Shown piece by piece: positions 1 through 13,209 of a stretch of DNA of 64,000 nucleotides (positions within the stretch are counted from its first letter, which is position 1; every line of letters begins with the position of its first letter). The notes under the pieces are model-generated. The model had not been told where the DNA came from and ran no database searches. It saw nothing but the letters and a program-made list of their open reading frames with translations. The translations under genes and the position numbers were made by a program. The DNA is from Lingula anatina (Eukaryota > Animalia > Brachiopoda), in NCBI GenBank assembly GCA_051362555.1, contig CM120644.1, forward strand, positions 14,158,567-14,222,566, given 5' to 3'.

Positions 1-1158
1 TTCTCACAGTCGGAATGACATCCTGAGATACCCCATAGCAACTGCTCCTGCTGTTAATGGCACCTAATTACAGCGGATCGTCGCGCTGGAGCACAGTTAA
101 TATTACATGTACAGTACAGCGCGTGCGGACATAAAAAGCTGATCGACCAGACTGGCCGGCCACATAGTTTTGCACGTGTTGAGAGACAAGAAGCAACTCT
201 ATAGGTAATGGTGGCTTGGATTTTCATCAATTCTTCACGACACAGCCAACGGCAATTCACTCTCAGCTTTGATACGGGAATAATCCTGTCTGCATATAAC
301 CCTACTATAGTAGTATCTTGTAAATCCAAAGATGTATGACAAGAAAAAGGAAGAAATAATCCGTTAAAAGATATCGACGTTTCTCCATTTCTTGTCTACA
401 GTGCACGGACTGCGCAACTCGTTGTCTGCTGCTGAATCCAACCAATCAAAGCCGAAATTGATGCATGCGCCATCCTCACATATATGTATATGATGTATAG
501 GTGTGTTGATGCAAGAGACACCAGTTGCAAAGACATTGCTTGCCCATGAAGTGCGACAAACACGACTGGTTGTATACCTAAATGTTTCATCCACCGTGTA
601 TTCGTGAAGATAATAACTATGAAAAGCAGTTCCGCTGAAGTCAGGGAAATAACACTATCGGAGTAAGGAAGCGCTATTAGAATCGAGATACCGAATTGAA
701 CAAGACACCATCGTAAGACATATGAAATATTAATATACCTGTACGTGCGAGAAAAACAAGAAGTGAGAATTGACGCTGTAATTAATCAGACGTTTTCTTC
801 GGGAACTATTCATTCATAAGGCTGACCTTTTTATGAGCAACAAATTGGCTTTTGATAACTCTATTGAAGGATTAATAAACCTCATACTACTGAGGGTACA
901 AACAATGCAATGTGCAATAATTTGAATTTCTATGAAACAAGACGTACATGTATTTTCACAAAACCGATTTAGTGAATAAAATGACAAATATTGAACTTAG
1001 GGGCCATATCGATGTCAATACACACTAAAACCGTGAACACGCTGCTTTGGAATAGATAAGCTGGATGATTAAAAAGTGGCAATAAAGACCACGTTGTGAG
1101 TTGACAGGCGATAAGTAAGGCGCTCATTCGCGTTCGAGAAAGCATCAAATGAAAGAAA

Positions 1159-1766
1159 ATGGCGTCTGGTCAAGGCGGACAGTCCTCTCACGTAGACTCA
1201 GGGGATGAGCCAACGGAGAACAGCCCAGGTCGCACAATGTCGGCGCGGCCAAACATCGGGCACACAGGTTCCGTTATTAGAATAGCTGAAGAACCCAGCA
1301 ACGATGTCGCCGTTCACGTCCAAACATCACACGCAGCCGACAGCGGCCAAGATTTCTCTCACGAAGAAATAGACCGCCATCATGATAAAAACTTCCTCCA
1401 AAAGTACGTACTGGGAGACATTCAAATCCTATCGCAGTGGCTCAGTAACAAACACTTCAGTTTACGCTTTCTCAACTGGTTCGCCCGCGCACTCGGAGCG
1501 CCGATATTTCTCAATAACCCCATATCTGGGTCTATTATTCTGATATCTATGTTTATTAACAACTCTTGGACTGCAGTGTGCGGTGTATTAGGACTATGTG
1601 CCGCAATAGGCACTGCACTCATACGCAGAGAAGATGTAAATAGCATCGAGGCTGGCGGTTGCACGTTTCACGGCCTGCTGGTCGGTATAGCGGTGTCGAC
1701 ATCGGTCGAGAAATACGACTGGTATCCGTGGGTGGTAGTGCCTGTGGTGGTCCTCGCTGTTATCAG
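1159..1766 (+). CDS. Urea transporter exon 1
   Basis: ATG at 1159, hydrophilic N-terminus, then UT repeat 1 (WFARALGAPIFLNNPISG); donor AG|gtaggt. Confidence 0.9.
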
Positions 1767-4700
1767 GTAGGTTGTTACCTTAAAGGGATAACAACTGTTT
1801 ATTTTGACCACAAAATGAACTTTCTTGGGGTAAAGGACAATTTTCCCATACTAACCAATTGTAAATGAATCCATTCCCACATTCAAAATTAGTCCCTACT
1901 TGTTTTGTAAAATAGTTTTTTTTATGTAATAATCTCTTTGAGTTGCCTTTGCTTATACATTGCAACGAAATAATATAACGCCTATATTTTATATTTTCGA
2001 GGGCTTTTTTATTGTTTTAAATCAGCAGAAAGATAGATGCATTTTTGAATAATCACATGCAGGAAAAAACTTATTTTCATTATTGGATGATATTAAAGGG
2101 TCACAATAACCTTAAGTGATTGTTTTCACCCTGATGAGTCGAGTTTAATAGACTTTGAACTCACACTTTACTTTTTGATTAGCCTGTCTATTCCCCATCG
2201 ATATTTTCTGATTGAAAGGACCGTCTTAACAGCTCTCACATGCAGTTTAGTATTCAAGACAACATTGTCATTTCTGTACAGTTAACAAAGATTTATAAGA
2301 AAGTCGTTGTTGATTGGCATTAAAGTCTAGGTTATCACATGTTAAGATTCTATTAATATAGGAAAGACGGATTAAATACAGGACAATACTTTAAATCACC
2401 AATGGAACCGTGATGTCTTACCGTAAATGACCTCGCTTAAATCGCAGTTTTTATGTAGGAGTAGCTGCACCACGAACACTATTCTATTCACGTCTACAAA
2501 TATTACGATATCATACCATGCTGGTACAGTGCGCGTAAGTCATTCAAACGTATCAAAATAAACAAATAGTACTGTATGAATAAATGAATAAGTATATAAT
2601 AAAATGGAAAAAGTGGACATTTGATAAACTAGAATGAAATGCAGCATAAAATGTGCGGAGGTGTTTTTATGGCCGCTTTAGTACGCACGTCACAGCCGAG
2701 CAGGTGTGCTAGAAGATTTAGAAGTAGCTGATATTATCTTCTCCTTCTAGCTGGCTGCCACAGCTTCTGTTAAGCCCGGTTTAAGAAACCGAGTGTCCGT
2801 GAAACAGCTTTCCTATTTTATTCGTGCAGGATAGAGATAGTGTGACGTAAGTGGGCCAACATCTAGGACGAGGCTTACCTGTACAAATGCACGTGTTAGA
2901 GGGGACTCTCTCGTACAAGACACTTCTCTAGCTGAAACAGAATTGTATGAAAGACACCTGACGGGTTTTTTCATTGGTAACAGCTAACGCTAGAAAATTT
3001 TTAATAGAGGGTAACGCAGGGCCCTATGCTTATTTTAGTAGACGGACTAGCTTTTTGGCACCGCCACCTCCTTAAATAATGTAACGCAATCTAAAAGTTG
3101 AAACGTTTCCTAAGGTCAAATGTTACACGGAGGTTTAGTTAGACTGTTGCATGCGTAACGCTTCAATGAAAAATCAGGACAAAGACAAACGTGCTTAGGT
3201 ATTATGAAGACTGTACTTCCTTTCCGTACGCATTGACAACGTAATGCGTACAGCATTTCAAAGTACAGCAGCCCGCGAATTTTTGTATCACATTGTATGT
3301 GTTTGTGAGTGTGTGTGTGTGTGTGTGTGCGTGTGTGAGTGTGTGTATGTGTGCGTGTTGGGGAGGGGGGGGGCTCGGAAGAATAGGTCTTTTTAACGGA
3401 AAAGATCCGCTTTGAATCAAAATTCGATTTAGATTCTATGGCATTACTCAAGCTGAAGCTACAAAGAGGGAAAAGGCGTCAGAAAAAGAAACACTCTCTT
3501 AGAAACCGCTTGCTTATGTCTGTCACCCAAGCCTGGTGAGAAAATTTTCTTCCTTCGTGCCAAGTGCTGACCGCCTTAATAACATATTAACCTTCCTGGA
3601 ATCCAACAAAGGATGTAATTGCTGTGGCGATTGAAGGATATTAAGAATCGATTGTTTTGCTCAGTAGGACGCGAGTTCCAAGTAAATGGTGACAAAGTGA
3701 TTAGAGTTAATATTGTATGCTTGAATTCACAGGGTTTGGGCGGGCCTTGAAAAGTGCTTGGATTTAGCATTTGCCCTGAAAAGCCCTTGGAATTGGTTTT
3801 TTCCTTGAAAAGTGCTTGGATTTGAGTCATGAAAGTCTTTGAAAGTCCTTGAATTTAACAAGATTTTTTTTCCTGTATTAGCCCTGATTCATGATATAAA
3901 GTCGGGTTGTTTCCTAGACTTGTTAAAGCACGCGCATACGTTTGTGCGTGTTTGTGTGTGTGTGTTTGTGTGTGTGTGTTTGAGTGATTGGTGGGGGGGG
4001 GGGGGTAAGTCTTTAGAAGGGCAATCTTTATAAAAAGCAAAGGCATAACTATAGTAATGATGTTCAAAACTTGTTATTGTATAATATTTTATTGGAGTTG
4101 TGTGTTTCCATGTTTTGACCACACTGATACTTAAAACCGTAGGGGTCTGAACCGACAACGTATCGATCTTCAAGGAAGACACACGAATGCAATAAAGACC
4201 AACAACAGATTCGACCAGTTTAAAAATTACCGCAAGTCCACCGAACGATAGCCGTACGGGGACCGTGCGATTCCTTCGGCGATAATGCTACGGCCTATTC
4301 ATGGTTTTCCATGAAGCGCACTAAAGCCTAATGTAGGTCCCAACTACGTTTTGGGCGCACGGTTTTTAGGTTCCTTGCGTCCGGCTAGGACGTAGTTAGA
4401 TCGCACGTAGCGGCTGTTGATCATGTCGAAAAGTTTCTACGCGCTGTTTCCGTCCTCCAAAAGTCGCACGATGGACGTACTCCTCACGCACAAACTCCCA
4501 CGTTTTCATTATTTTTTTGGTCGTAGACCACACGTAGCAGCCCGTACGTTCGGTTGCACTTTATGCCGTGTGGTAAGCGGGAAGCTGTGCAGTGCCAAGG
4601 AAACGAAAATGAAATGTATACTGTAAAATGAATACTGTAACATGATTATTTCTTTGACGTTATGAAACTGACAAGAGATAGAAAGAGATAGACCAGTGCT

Positions 4701-7700
4701 GGTTGTTAATACTATAATAGTCGTATAATTGGCATCAGCAAGACAATAAGTATGGATATAGATAGCTAGATACAATCAGATGCAATCAGATGCAATCAGA
4801 CTAAAAGCTGGTTTTACTTTTTACGCTTGTCCAAATGCATTTGACAATTGGATTTTTATCATTGCCTGCCAATCCAATTTCTTCGAAATTACATTTACAT
4901 ATTTACGTAAATTGGGAGCATCTTTTAATCATCTAGAAGCCAATTTTCTACTTACTAAAGATTCGTGATTTGAGTATGTCGTTTATGAAACTTTAAAACA
5001 TTTATTAATATCTACAGATTAAGGATCTGAAACCAGGTACAGGGTAACGCCAAGAAGCATTTTTTTTTTTGGTTTTTAAACTCAGTATTGGTGTTTTAGT
5101 TATAGAACATACTTAACAAATCTAAATGCTAAATTCATTTTATATTGTACGTTAATTGTACCAACATAAATAACAAATACTTATTCATCAAAATATATAG
5201 GAATGACAAAATTAGAAAAAGAAAATGTCTCTTCTCACTTTCGTGTCGGGAAAGTGCGGGTGGGGTTCAATTTACCATTTTGTCTCGGGCAATCGACTCT
5301 GAACCCACCTAGTCTTGATACATGTTAGAGACTGTTTTGATTAAGACGACTAAGGGTGCTTTCCCAGAGATTTAGATCGATCTAGAGATTAAGATTTAGA
5401 TCGACCTAACTCCCTGGGGGTTCACGCTAAATTGCAGTCAACCGAGCGGGCACCATAGTTAATTACCCCCTTACAGTTTTTAGTAGGCGGGACAGACGCT
5501 TAAGCCGGCCAAGCTGACAGTAATCTTGTGAGACTCCCCACAGGGATAGATCGATCTAAAAATCCATGGAAATGGGGTGTAAGATTTGTACATGTGCAAT
5601 GGCGGATCACGTAGCGGGTGAGGGGGTGGGGGTGAGAGGGGCATCCTTTTTCTCTTTGGAGTTTTTATTTCACCTGCAACCATCCCCCACACCCAAAAAA
5701 ATCAATGAAATAAAACAAAACAATAGAAATGAAGTTTAAAAATGATAACCTGACAAAAAAAGAAATAATAACACTACATCCAGCAACATGATGAAAAACC
5801 AATATTTCCATCCCGATGCCGTATGGTCTCGTCTAATTGTTTTAGAAAATGTTTTATCTTTGTATCTCGGCCACCTTTCACAAAACCCTATATACCCGCC
5901 CTTCTTTCTGTCTCTCGGGACCTGGCGATGGATACAGATACCTGCAAATCTAAACAGAACACAAGCCAGGTAATTGCTCAAGGACAACATATACAGCACT
6001 TTCAATTATTTTTCTCTGCATTCATCTCACTCGCTTTCTTAGCTGGCGTAATGATTGACCAAAAGCGTATTGCTTGTTAATTGGTATTATATCTCTTCCT
6101 TTCGGAAACTGAAACCGTTGTTGTTTGCAAGTTGTGACATGCATATGAAACGGGCGTTGTTGTTTGCAAGTTGTGACATGCATATGAAACGGGCTATTCT
6201 CAAGCAAATACATGTACATGTAGCACCTACAGGTATATAGCATAAATAAGCAGATGTAACACGAGTGTTTTACCATTACGGTAGCTTCGGCAATACAGAG
6301 ATACGATACGCAGGCAAGAAAACGGATATTGATATTATCATTTGTTTACGGCCCTTATTGGATTCAGCAGGACAAGCAATTTGGACCAACTATAGTAATA
6401 TCCGATGCAATGAAAGTCATATAAATATGATTGTTAAGTTACTTAGGAAGGCAAAAAGCAATCTTCTTTTGAAGAGCAATTCTCGATCTATTTGATACAA
6501 TTAGGACGAAGATATATTCTGGATATTGTTATTGGCTTTATATGGTTAAATATGATAGATTTGGCCGTGGACTAGAATATACGATGTGCTCATGCTATAT
6601 TCAATTGGCGGATCCACTCCTCAAGAGACGCCGTGTATCTTTTTTTTTTTTTTTTAACCCTTTCAACTTTGTTTTATTGAAATGCAGCAATCACTTTTCC
6701 CCACATATCATAATGAGATTGATCACATTTACTGTTTTATATTTGCTTTGAGTTTGTTCTTTAGCCCTTTTAAAACTCATGCCCTCTCTTGGCACAATCT
6801 CGGTCCTGTTGTACTCTTGCAGTGTTTTCAAATGTCCTGTAAAATGCTTGCCACGTATGCTTTTTATGACATTTCAATCTTCAAAAAGAACTATTCATGC
6901 CCCCCTCCCCTCACAACCGTTTCATCGAAATCCTAGACATGTCACTGAGGTCCAAATGTACAATTTTAGTTTTCGGTTACGATGAACCGAGTGAGTAATG
7001 CGTTAGCTGAGAAAGTCGGTTAAATAGCAGAGCACGATCTGAAACAATGGCAGCGCTAGGACAATATGTAAGAGAGGCATGGATTTCTATCACGGGCGGA
7101 TACAACGTTAGGGGAGAAGAATAAAAGTTAAGACTGATCTTCGGATTTAAAAGTTACATAAATTGTAATGAAAAATTGCGCAATTGAATCACTTCAGTGG
7201 GTAACGATAGCAGCAGGGGTTACCAACAGAATTTTGACGTCACTGGTGTTTAATCCGCATTAACAGTGGGGCGCAATCTTCACCATGCCCCTCCCCAACC
7301 AAAAAAATGGATTAGTGTATGTACCTTTTCATGTGGAATAATATAGAACATCATTACGTCCAAAATATTTACAACCATTGTACAACCATCACTCTTTGTT
7401 TTCAGCGTTTACATAAACAGCGGTTTAAGCAACGTATTTCGGGTTTGGAACCTCCCTGCTCTCAACCTGCCTTTCTGCGTGTCGACTTTCACCTTCCTTG
7501 CTGCCTGTGGCTCAGGAAACACAATATTCCCACTGCGGCGGTCGGCACCGAGCGAAACCGATCAAATAGACTTCCTGAAGGTAATATAAGTGACCGAAGT
7601 CCGTTCTGGTATACGCACCTTGACCAGGATGCCCTAGATTACTACTGGGTTAATGCCAACTTTTCTTTAGAGTTCTCCTGTGAAATAGACTCGTTTTTGT

Positions 7701-9402
7701 GTACATGTACAATAAAATAGATTCCGATTTGTTCGTAGTAATTTGCCTCTATGCAGTGTTTGGTATGTGGACATCATTGTCATGCTTTTCAAACTAACCA
7801 ATAAGCTTTCTTTATTACAGTTGCTAATGGCAATTCCGCGAAGTGTGTCCCAGGTCTACGGCTCTGTTAACCTCATCAGTGGCTGCTTGATACTTTTTTC
7901 CCTTTTCCTATCTTCACCGATACTATTCGCACATGCAATTCTAGGGGCAGTGGTCAGCGTCTTAACGGGTACGTAAAAGTCACCAACAGTGAACAATGTC
8001 TTAATTGGAAGGTCACCAGCACTGGTCAATTGCAGTATTTTAACGGGTATGTTACCTCAGTGGCAAATATGTATTTTTATGTTTTAACAGAGATGTCACC
8101 AGATTACTGGCCAATGTTTTCACAAATAACTAAGTAACAATCATTTAGTGATGGGTTAGTTTGGTATTTTGCAGTACACAGATCCCTTTCTTAACCACAA
8201 GGACGTGATGTAGCGTACATGTTGGTGCATTACATTAGAAATAGTTGTTTAAAGTTTGACATTCATGGGTCTTTTTTTCTGGTAAGTAAATCTTTGGATG
8301 TGTCTAGTCTACATTAATTGTTTTTCCTGTGATGGAAAAATAAAAGAAAAATTAAAAGTATATGTAAATGCAACAATTGTATAAGAATTGATTTTAATTT
8401 GCTATTGTAGCCTTGGGAATTGCAGCGCCACCTATCGAGATATATTCTGGTGCATGGAGTTTTAACGCTATGCTGTGTTCCTGCGCTCTTGGAGGCTTTT
8501 TCTACGTTCCGAGCGTCCGATCTCATTTAATTGCTGTGATTGCAGGTATATGATTCAATCATTATTGCCATAAAATCACTATACATTCTTGTTTAAATAA
8601 GTAGCAGTTCTGATAGAGGTCATGTCTCATTTTCTTAACTGAACTCGGGAAAGTCATTTCTGCTTTTGAATTGAATGTTACATGAATCATTAAGTCACTC
8701 CCATAACAGAAATGAAGATCGGTGACTAATTAACGATAAGCTGTCATTTGGAATCAGAACTAAAAATTTCTTAACAACTTTGAGTGTGGCAAGCCTTAAT
8801 TTTTACATAAACATTAGAATTTACAAGTTCATTCATTTGTTGATTATTTTGCGGCAAAACTTATGCTGTATACCTTTCAATTATTTTTTACAGCAGCGTT
8901 TGGGACGTTAGCATATGGTGCCATGAGGAACCTAGTTCAGAAGGTACCGGTACTCTCTCGCCCTCTCTCACTCTCTCTCTCACTCACTCAAAACCTTTAC
9001 TGCGACACTTCTTAAATAGTACAGCAGATGCTACTTGCAAAAAAGCGTCCAAAGATACTGCAAAGATGCAAATGTTATAAATATAGAAATACTTCTGATC
9101 TACGTTTTTATTTCCTTAGATAAAGCAAGGTCTTTGTGATCCTTTTTAAAAATTTATTACCCTTATAAATTTACTCAGCGAGATAGAAAAGGACTCCTAA
9201 TCCTAATGCCATTGTTGAACTGTAGGTGGAGGCACCAGTCTTGGCATTCCCCTTCGTGTTTACGGTTTCTGTATTCCTGTCTGTGAATGCGCACAACGCA
9301 ACTTTGAGGCGAGTACCCTTAGATAAGCTCTCCTACCCCGAGGAGCACTGGAGGACGTACAATCTCAATAGGGTGTCTACACATGCGATTCCGGAGACTT
9401 AA
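1159..9402 (+). CDS. SLC14A: Urea transporter (SLC14/UT family), 6 coding exons: join(1159..1766,7406..7580,7821..7968,8411..8545,8894..8943,9226..9402), 430 aa
   Basis: All introns are GT-AG and phases are consistent (1293 nt including the TAA stop). The translation shows UT hallmarks: FLNNPISG, LPALNLPF, SQVYG, SSP..AHA.LGA, IYSGAWSFN, LGGFF, P..FPF, SYPEEH. Confidence 0.92.
3730..3886. mobile_element. Small non-autonomous DNA element with CAGGG...CCCTG ends and a 5-bp TSD
   Basis: attca|cagggt ... agccctg|attca; internal repeats of ttgaaaagtgcttgga. Confidence 0.6.
5354..5579 (+). mobile_element. Harbinger/Tourist-like MITE, GATCGATC family subtype A
   Basis: TAA TSD; imperfect TIR (ttccca.agatttagatcgatcta); near-identical copies at 11628, 12221 and 63143. 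Confidence 0.75.
7406..7580 (+). CDS. Urea transporter exon 2
   Basis: Acceptor ttttcag|; VYINSGLSNVFRVWNLPALNLPFC; donor AAG|gtaata. Confidence 0.9.
7821..7968 (+). CDS. Urea transporter exon 3
   Basis: Acceptor ttacag|; LLMAIPRSVSQVYGSVNLISG...AHAILGA; donor G|gtacgt. Confidence 0.9.
8411..8545 (+). CDS. Urea transporter exon 4
   Basis: Acceptor ttgtag|; IYSGAWSFNAMLCSCALGGFFYV; donor G|gtatat. Confidence 0.9.
8894..8943 (+). CDS. Urea transporter exon 5
   Basis: Acceptor ttttacag| (NAGNAG site cagcag); AAFGTLAYGAMRNLVQK; donor AAG|gtaccg. Confidence 0.82.
9226..9402 (+). CDS. Urea transporter exon 6 (last coding exon)
   Basis: Acceptor ctgtag|; VEAPVLAFPFV...RVPLDKLSYPEEHW; TAA at 9400-9402. 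Confidence 0.88.
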   Translation: MEAPVLAFPFVFTVSVFLSVNAHNATLRRVPLDKLSYPEEHWRTYNLNRVSTHAIPET

Positions 9403-9556
9403 CGTGCGTTGAAGTCAGTGGACAGGTTATTGTTACCCTAAGGATAAAAGGGGCACACGGTGTTCTCTTGAAGGTCATGGATGTTAATGAACTGGTTAGA
9501 AAAGTCAACGACAGAGGACTTAGGAGATCCATTGCAGCCAACGTTCAGGAAAAACA

Positions 9557-9630
<74 letters not shown>

Positions 9631-11318
9631 AACCCTGAAGATCATAGGATCTAGGATTAAGGTGTGTCCCAGTCGGTCATTGATGGCTATGGACGGATTG
9701 GTGTACCCTGGGATCAAATCTACGCCGTCGATGATATCTGGGAACTGAGGCAAAGCCCGATTTCAAGTATGTACTAGTACAGTGCATACTGTTTGCATGT
9801 TTTTTCGCCTTGACCTTTTATTTAATTTTTTCTACAAGATAAGCCTCTCCACCTCATCCCAAATTTATTTTCGCTTCCTACGCGCCGACTGACCATAATC
9901 AGGTTTCCTAAAGTATTAACTTTATAAGTTAACTGATCTAAGACGTTTGGCAGTGCTTTTGATTCTGTTTTACGAATCAGCATGTCGAGTTCAGGGTTTA
10001 ACGTTATTATGAAGTCTATAGTTCTGTAGTTCTACTATTCTTAATATACAGTATATATATATCGTGTAGAAAGTAAAATAAAATGATAACTATTTTTCCA
10101 CTTTTTGCCTTTAAGAAGCACAATTGCGTTCATACATGTATGTGTACATGATATTATGATTTTATTAAACATTACCTTTTAGACAAGTACTACTGTGGTT
10201 TACTACTTGCCCCTTTTCTATTCATGAATTAGTTGTGACCGCGGAATAGAATAAATGAGTAAGCATGAATGTGGAATAAGTTGGAATAGTATAGAAATAA
10301 TGATAAACGCGGGCTGTACATGTACAAACCGTAGATGCCACAAGTCTTATGTTCACTCAAAATAGTCCTTCAACAATTAGTTATACCGCAGCGCAAGTTT
10401 AGCTATTGTTTTGATAATAACAATAGTGACTGGCTGGTGCGTCTGGCTCAAAGACTTCAAAACGTTGCCACTGACATTAGAAACGTTTTAATATAGGGTG
10501 TCTTAACGATAATAATAATAATAATAATAATAAATTATTTAAAGTCTAAAATCCTTAAAAGTTCAGTAGTTCAATAATAAAATGCTGAAATATTGTAGTA
10601 GGCCATTAAAAACAAGCTGTAAAACCAGAGTTAAGACATCAAATTAAAGCTGTAAAACCAGAGTTAAGACATCAAATTACATTAGTTAATAATTTACTTT
10701 TATTTATATACACTAGATAGAAAAAAACAGTTTTCAATTTTTCTTTTGTTTTAAAAGATTATTTGTATGTCTAATGGCAAATACAGTGTAGCGGGAGAAG
10801 GGAACTGCGGCAAATTACTACGTGTCTTCTCTAACACAATCACTACGTGTTTTCTCTAACACAATCCAGAGCCAATGATTTTATTGGCAACATTGATTCG
10901 ACCCTCGGAATCCGATTCCTAAGATGATAATTTTATATCAATATATAGATATAAATCATGAAGGTTACAAAACTTGGGGATCGATTGTGCTCTATACAAC
11001 AAGGACTAAATTTCAAATTAAAAGCTTCCGTAGGGGAAGAGGGTGACCAATATGTACTTATGTATATCAGTTGAGCGGTTTTGTGAGATGTGTTCATACA
11101 GACCTAGGGTGAGTAGAAGATGGAGAAGAAAGAAGCCTACAATTCCCACATTTAGGCCTGATATTAACAACAGGAGTGAAGCATTAATAAACCCGACAGG
11201 TGGTAGATGGCTGTGACACAGATGTACAGAAGGTACAATGTAAATATTCTATTTTTTCTCTTGAGTTCTGAAGAGAGAGAGAGAGAAAGGGAGAGTGAGA
11301 GAGAGAGAGAGACAGATT

Positions 11319-11360
<42 letters not shown>

Positions 11361-11627
11361 GGGGACTAAGTCTAGAATTCAATTATCAATCCCAAAAATG
11401 CCCCCTTTAAAATACCCTAGATCCGCCAGTGCTTTTGTTTTATAAAAATAGCCACAGTATATAAATAATTCAAAAATTAATTTCTTTCTAAAGTTAAGAG
11501 CGATTTGAGAGTGAAATAGTTATTGTGAGAAAAAGGGGCACGCTTTATTTTTGTACAAAATTATCATTAGTCGTTCGTGAAATTAAGTTCAACTTTTCGC
11601 GAGCATGTAACGTAATCGAATGGCTTA

Positions 11628-11842
11628 CACCCCATTTCCATAGATTAGATCGACCTACTTTAGATCGACCTAACTCCCTGGGGGTTCACGCTAAATAGCT
11701 GTCAGCCGCGCGGACACGAAAGTTAATTACCCATTCACAGCTTGTAGTAGGCGGGACGGACATTTAAGTCGGATTATCTGAAAGTAATCTAGTGAGACTC
11801 CCCGCGGGGATAGATCGATCTAAAATCTATGGGAATAGAGCC
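11628..11842 (+). mobile_element. MITE, GATCGATC family subtype A
   Basis: TTA TSD; homologous to 5354-5579. Confidence 0.75.
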
Positions 11843-12220
11843 TTAAATGTATTCAAGTTACATTAGAATGAGAAGTGAAATCCCAATAGTCCCTTCAAAT
11901 TTGAAAGTATCAAGTACATTGCATTCAAAGAGCATATGCAACCTACCGGTATACAGTTCCTATAACTAGCTTAAATCAAAACAAATTGTTTTATTACTAA
12001 ACTCCCTGCATTCATTTTCAATGCCAAAAGTCTTGTCAGTAAAGTTTTTTTTTTCAGTTTTTCTTTTTTTTCCTTTTTTTTGAAATGTTTTTTTAAATTT
12101 TATTTATTCATCTTTTTTAGAATAGATGGTTGTCAATTACAAGACTATTAACATTATTAACATTATTTGCTCTAGTTGGCGAAAAAGGTCAAACGGAACT
12201 TGAACATGTGTAAGCAAGCA

Positions 12221-12362
12221 GTCAGCCGAGCGCGCACTATAGTTAATTACCCCCTTACAGCTTTTAGTTGGCGGGACAGACGCTTAAGCCGGCTAAGCTG
12301 ACAGTAATCTAGTGAGACTCCCCACAGGGATAGATCGATCTAAAATCTATAGGAATGGGGTC
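12221..12362 (+). mobile_element. MITE subtype A, right half only
   Basis: Matches the 3' half of 5354-5579. Confidence 0.7.
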
Positions 12363-12554
12363 TTAGGTGAATTTGGAGTCTCTTTCTATTCAACACTCAT
12401 CATTATCTCCCGTCGAGTTAAACTTTATTTACAATTTACTAAAATATAAATACAAAGCACGAATTATGTACATGTACCCTATATATTTCAAACTATATCA
12501 GAGGAAAATCAAGCCCTGTGTCTTAATAACCCTAAAAAAGACCAGCATGTTGTC

Positions 12555-12722
12555 GGTGTAACAGGAATGCAAGGCCTAGGAATGGAAGTCCGGGCTCCCA
12601 TATGATTTGTACAGGTTAGGGTCAGTTGGAGTTTTGGGGCTAGTATATGGGACAAATGTCGCCTGTACAAAGTAATGCGGAGCGACCTACAGTTCCTAGT
12701 GGACAAACATTCCTGTCACACA
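12555..12722. mobile_element. MITE with TIR ggtgtaacaggaatg/cattcctgtcacac; inverted copy at about 40819-40990
   Basis: Terminal inverted repeat plus a reverse-complement homolog elsewhere in the window. Confidence 0.6.
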
Positions 12723-12851
12723 GGCCGTTGGATATCTTAATATAGTCGGCAGCGCAGTTTTTGCCTTGCTTGATGAAATAGACCGTACTCTAGCGCCAGC
12801 CAGAGAAAATAACACAAGGAATGGTCATTTCTGCTGCAATAGTTAGCTTTA

Positions 12852-13108
12852 CACTGGGTTCCCATGCTTAGATCGGTCTAACAAGATCGATCCATCTCCA
12901 AGGTTTTTCTCGCTACATTGCTTTTAGCTTAAGCGGCTTAGATGTCTGGCACGCCTACTGAAGCCGCTAAACGATAGTTTATTCCCCCCTAACAGCATCA
13001 GTGGGCGTGCGAGACACCTAAGCCGCTTAACTTGATAGCAATTTAGTGAGAATCCCCTTTGAGATAGATCGATACAAAGTCAATACGATAGGCTCTGGGA
13101 ATGGTCCC
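12852..13108 (+). mobile_element. MITE, GATCGATC family subtype B
   Basis: Ends actgggttcccat ... tgggaatggtccc; reverse copy at 36028-36284. Confidence 0.75.
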
Positions 13109-13209
13109 TTTAATTATACTTCCTGGACATGCAACCCGTAATAACCCGTTCTGAACAGATGAATATATAGTTTCATTGTAATCCATACACCCCTGCCGCG
13201 GTTATTTAG

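Noticed and set aside
54-594. Minus-strand ORFs of 64-91 aa at the window start
   Set aside because: No recognisable domain and frequent stops in neighbouring frames; more likely UTR-like sequence.
2131-2160. CTGATGAGTC...GACT, resembling a hammerhead ribozyme
   Set aside because: The GAAA after stem II is missing (gactttgaac), so there is no complete core.
6105-6115. Perfect ISRE-like GAAACTGAAAC in the UT intron
   Set aside because: An isolated short motif in AT-rich DNA, far from the IFI27-like gene; expected by chance.
6116-6194. 39-bp tandem duplication (similar short duplications near 10614, 22998 and 58629)
   Set aside because: Simple local slippage duplications without spacers; not CRISPR-like.
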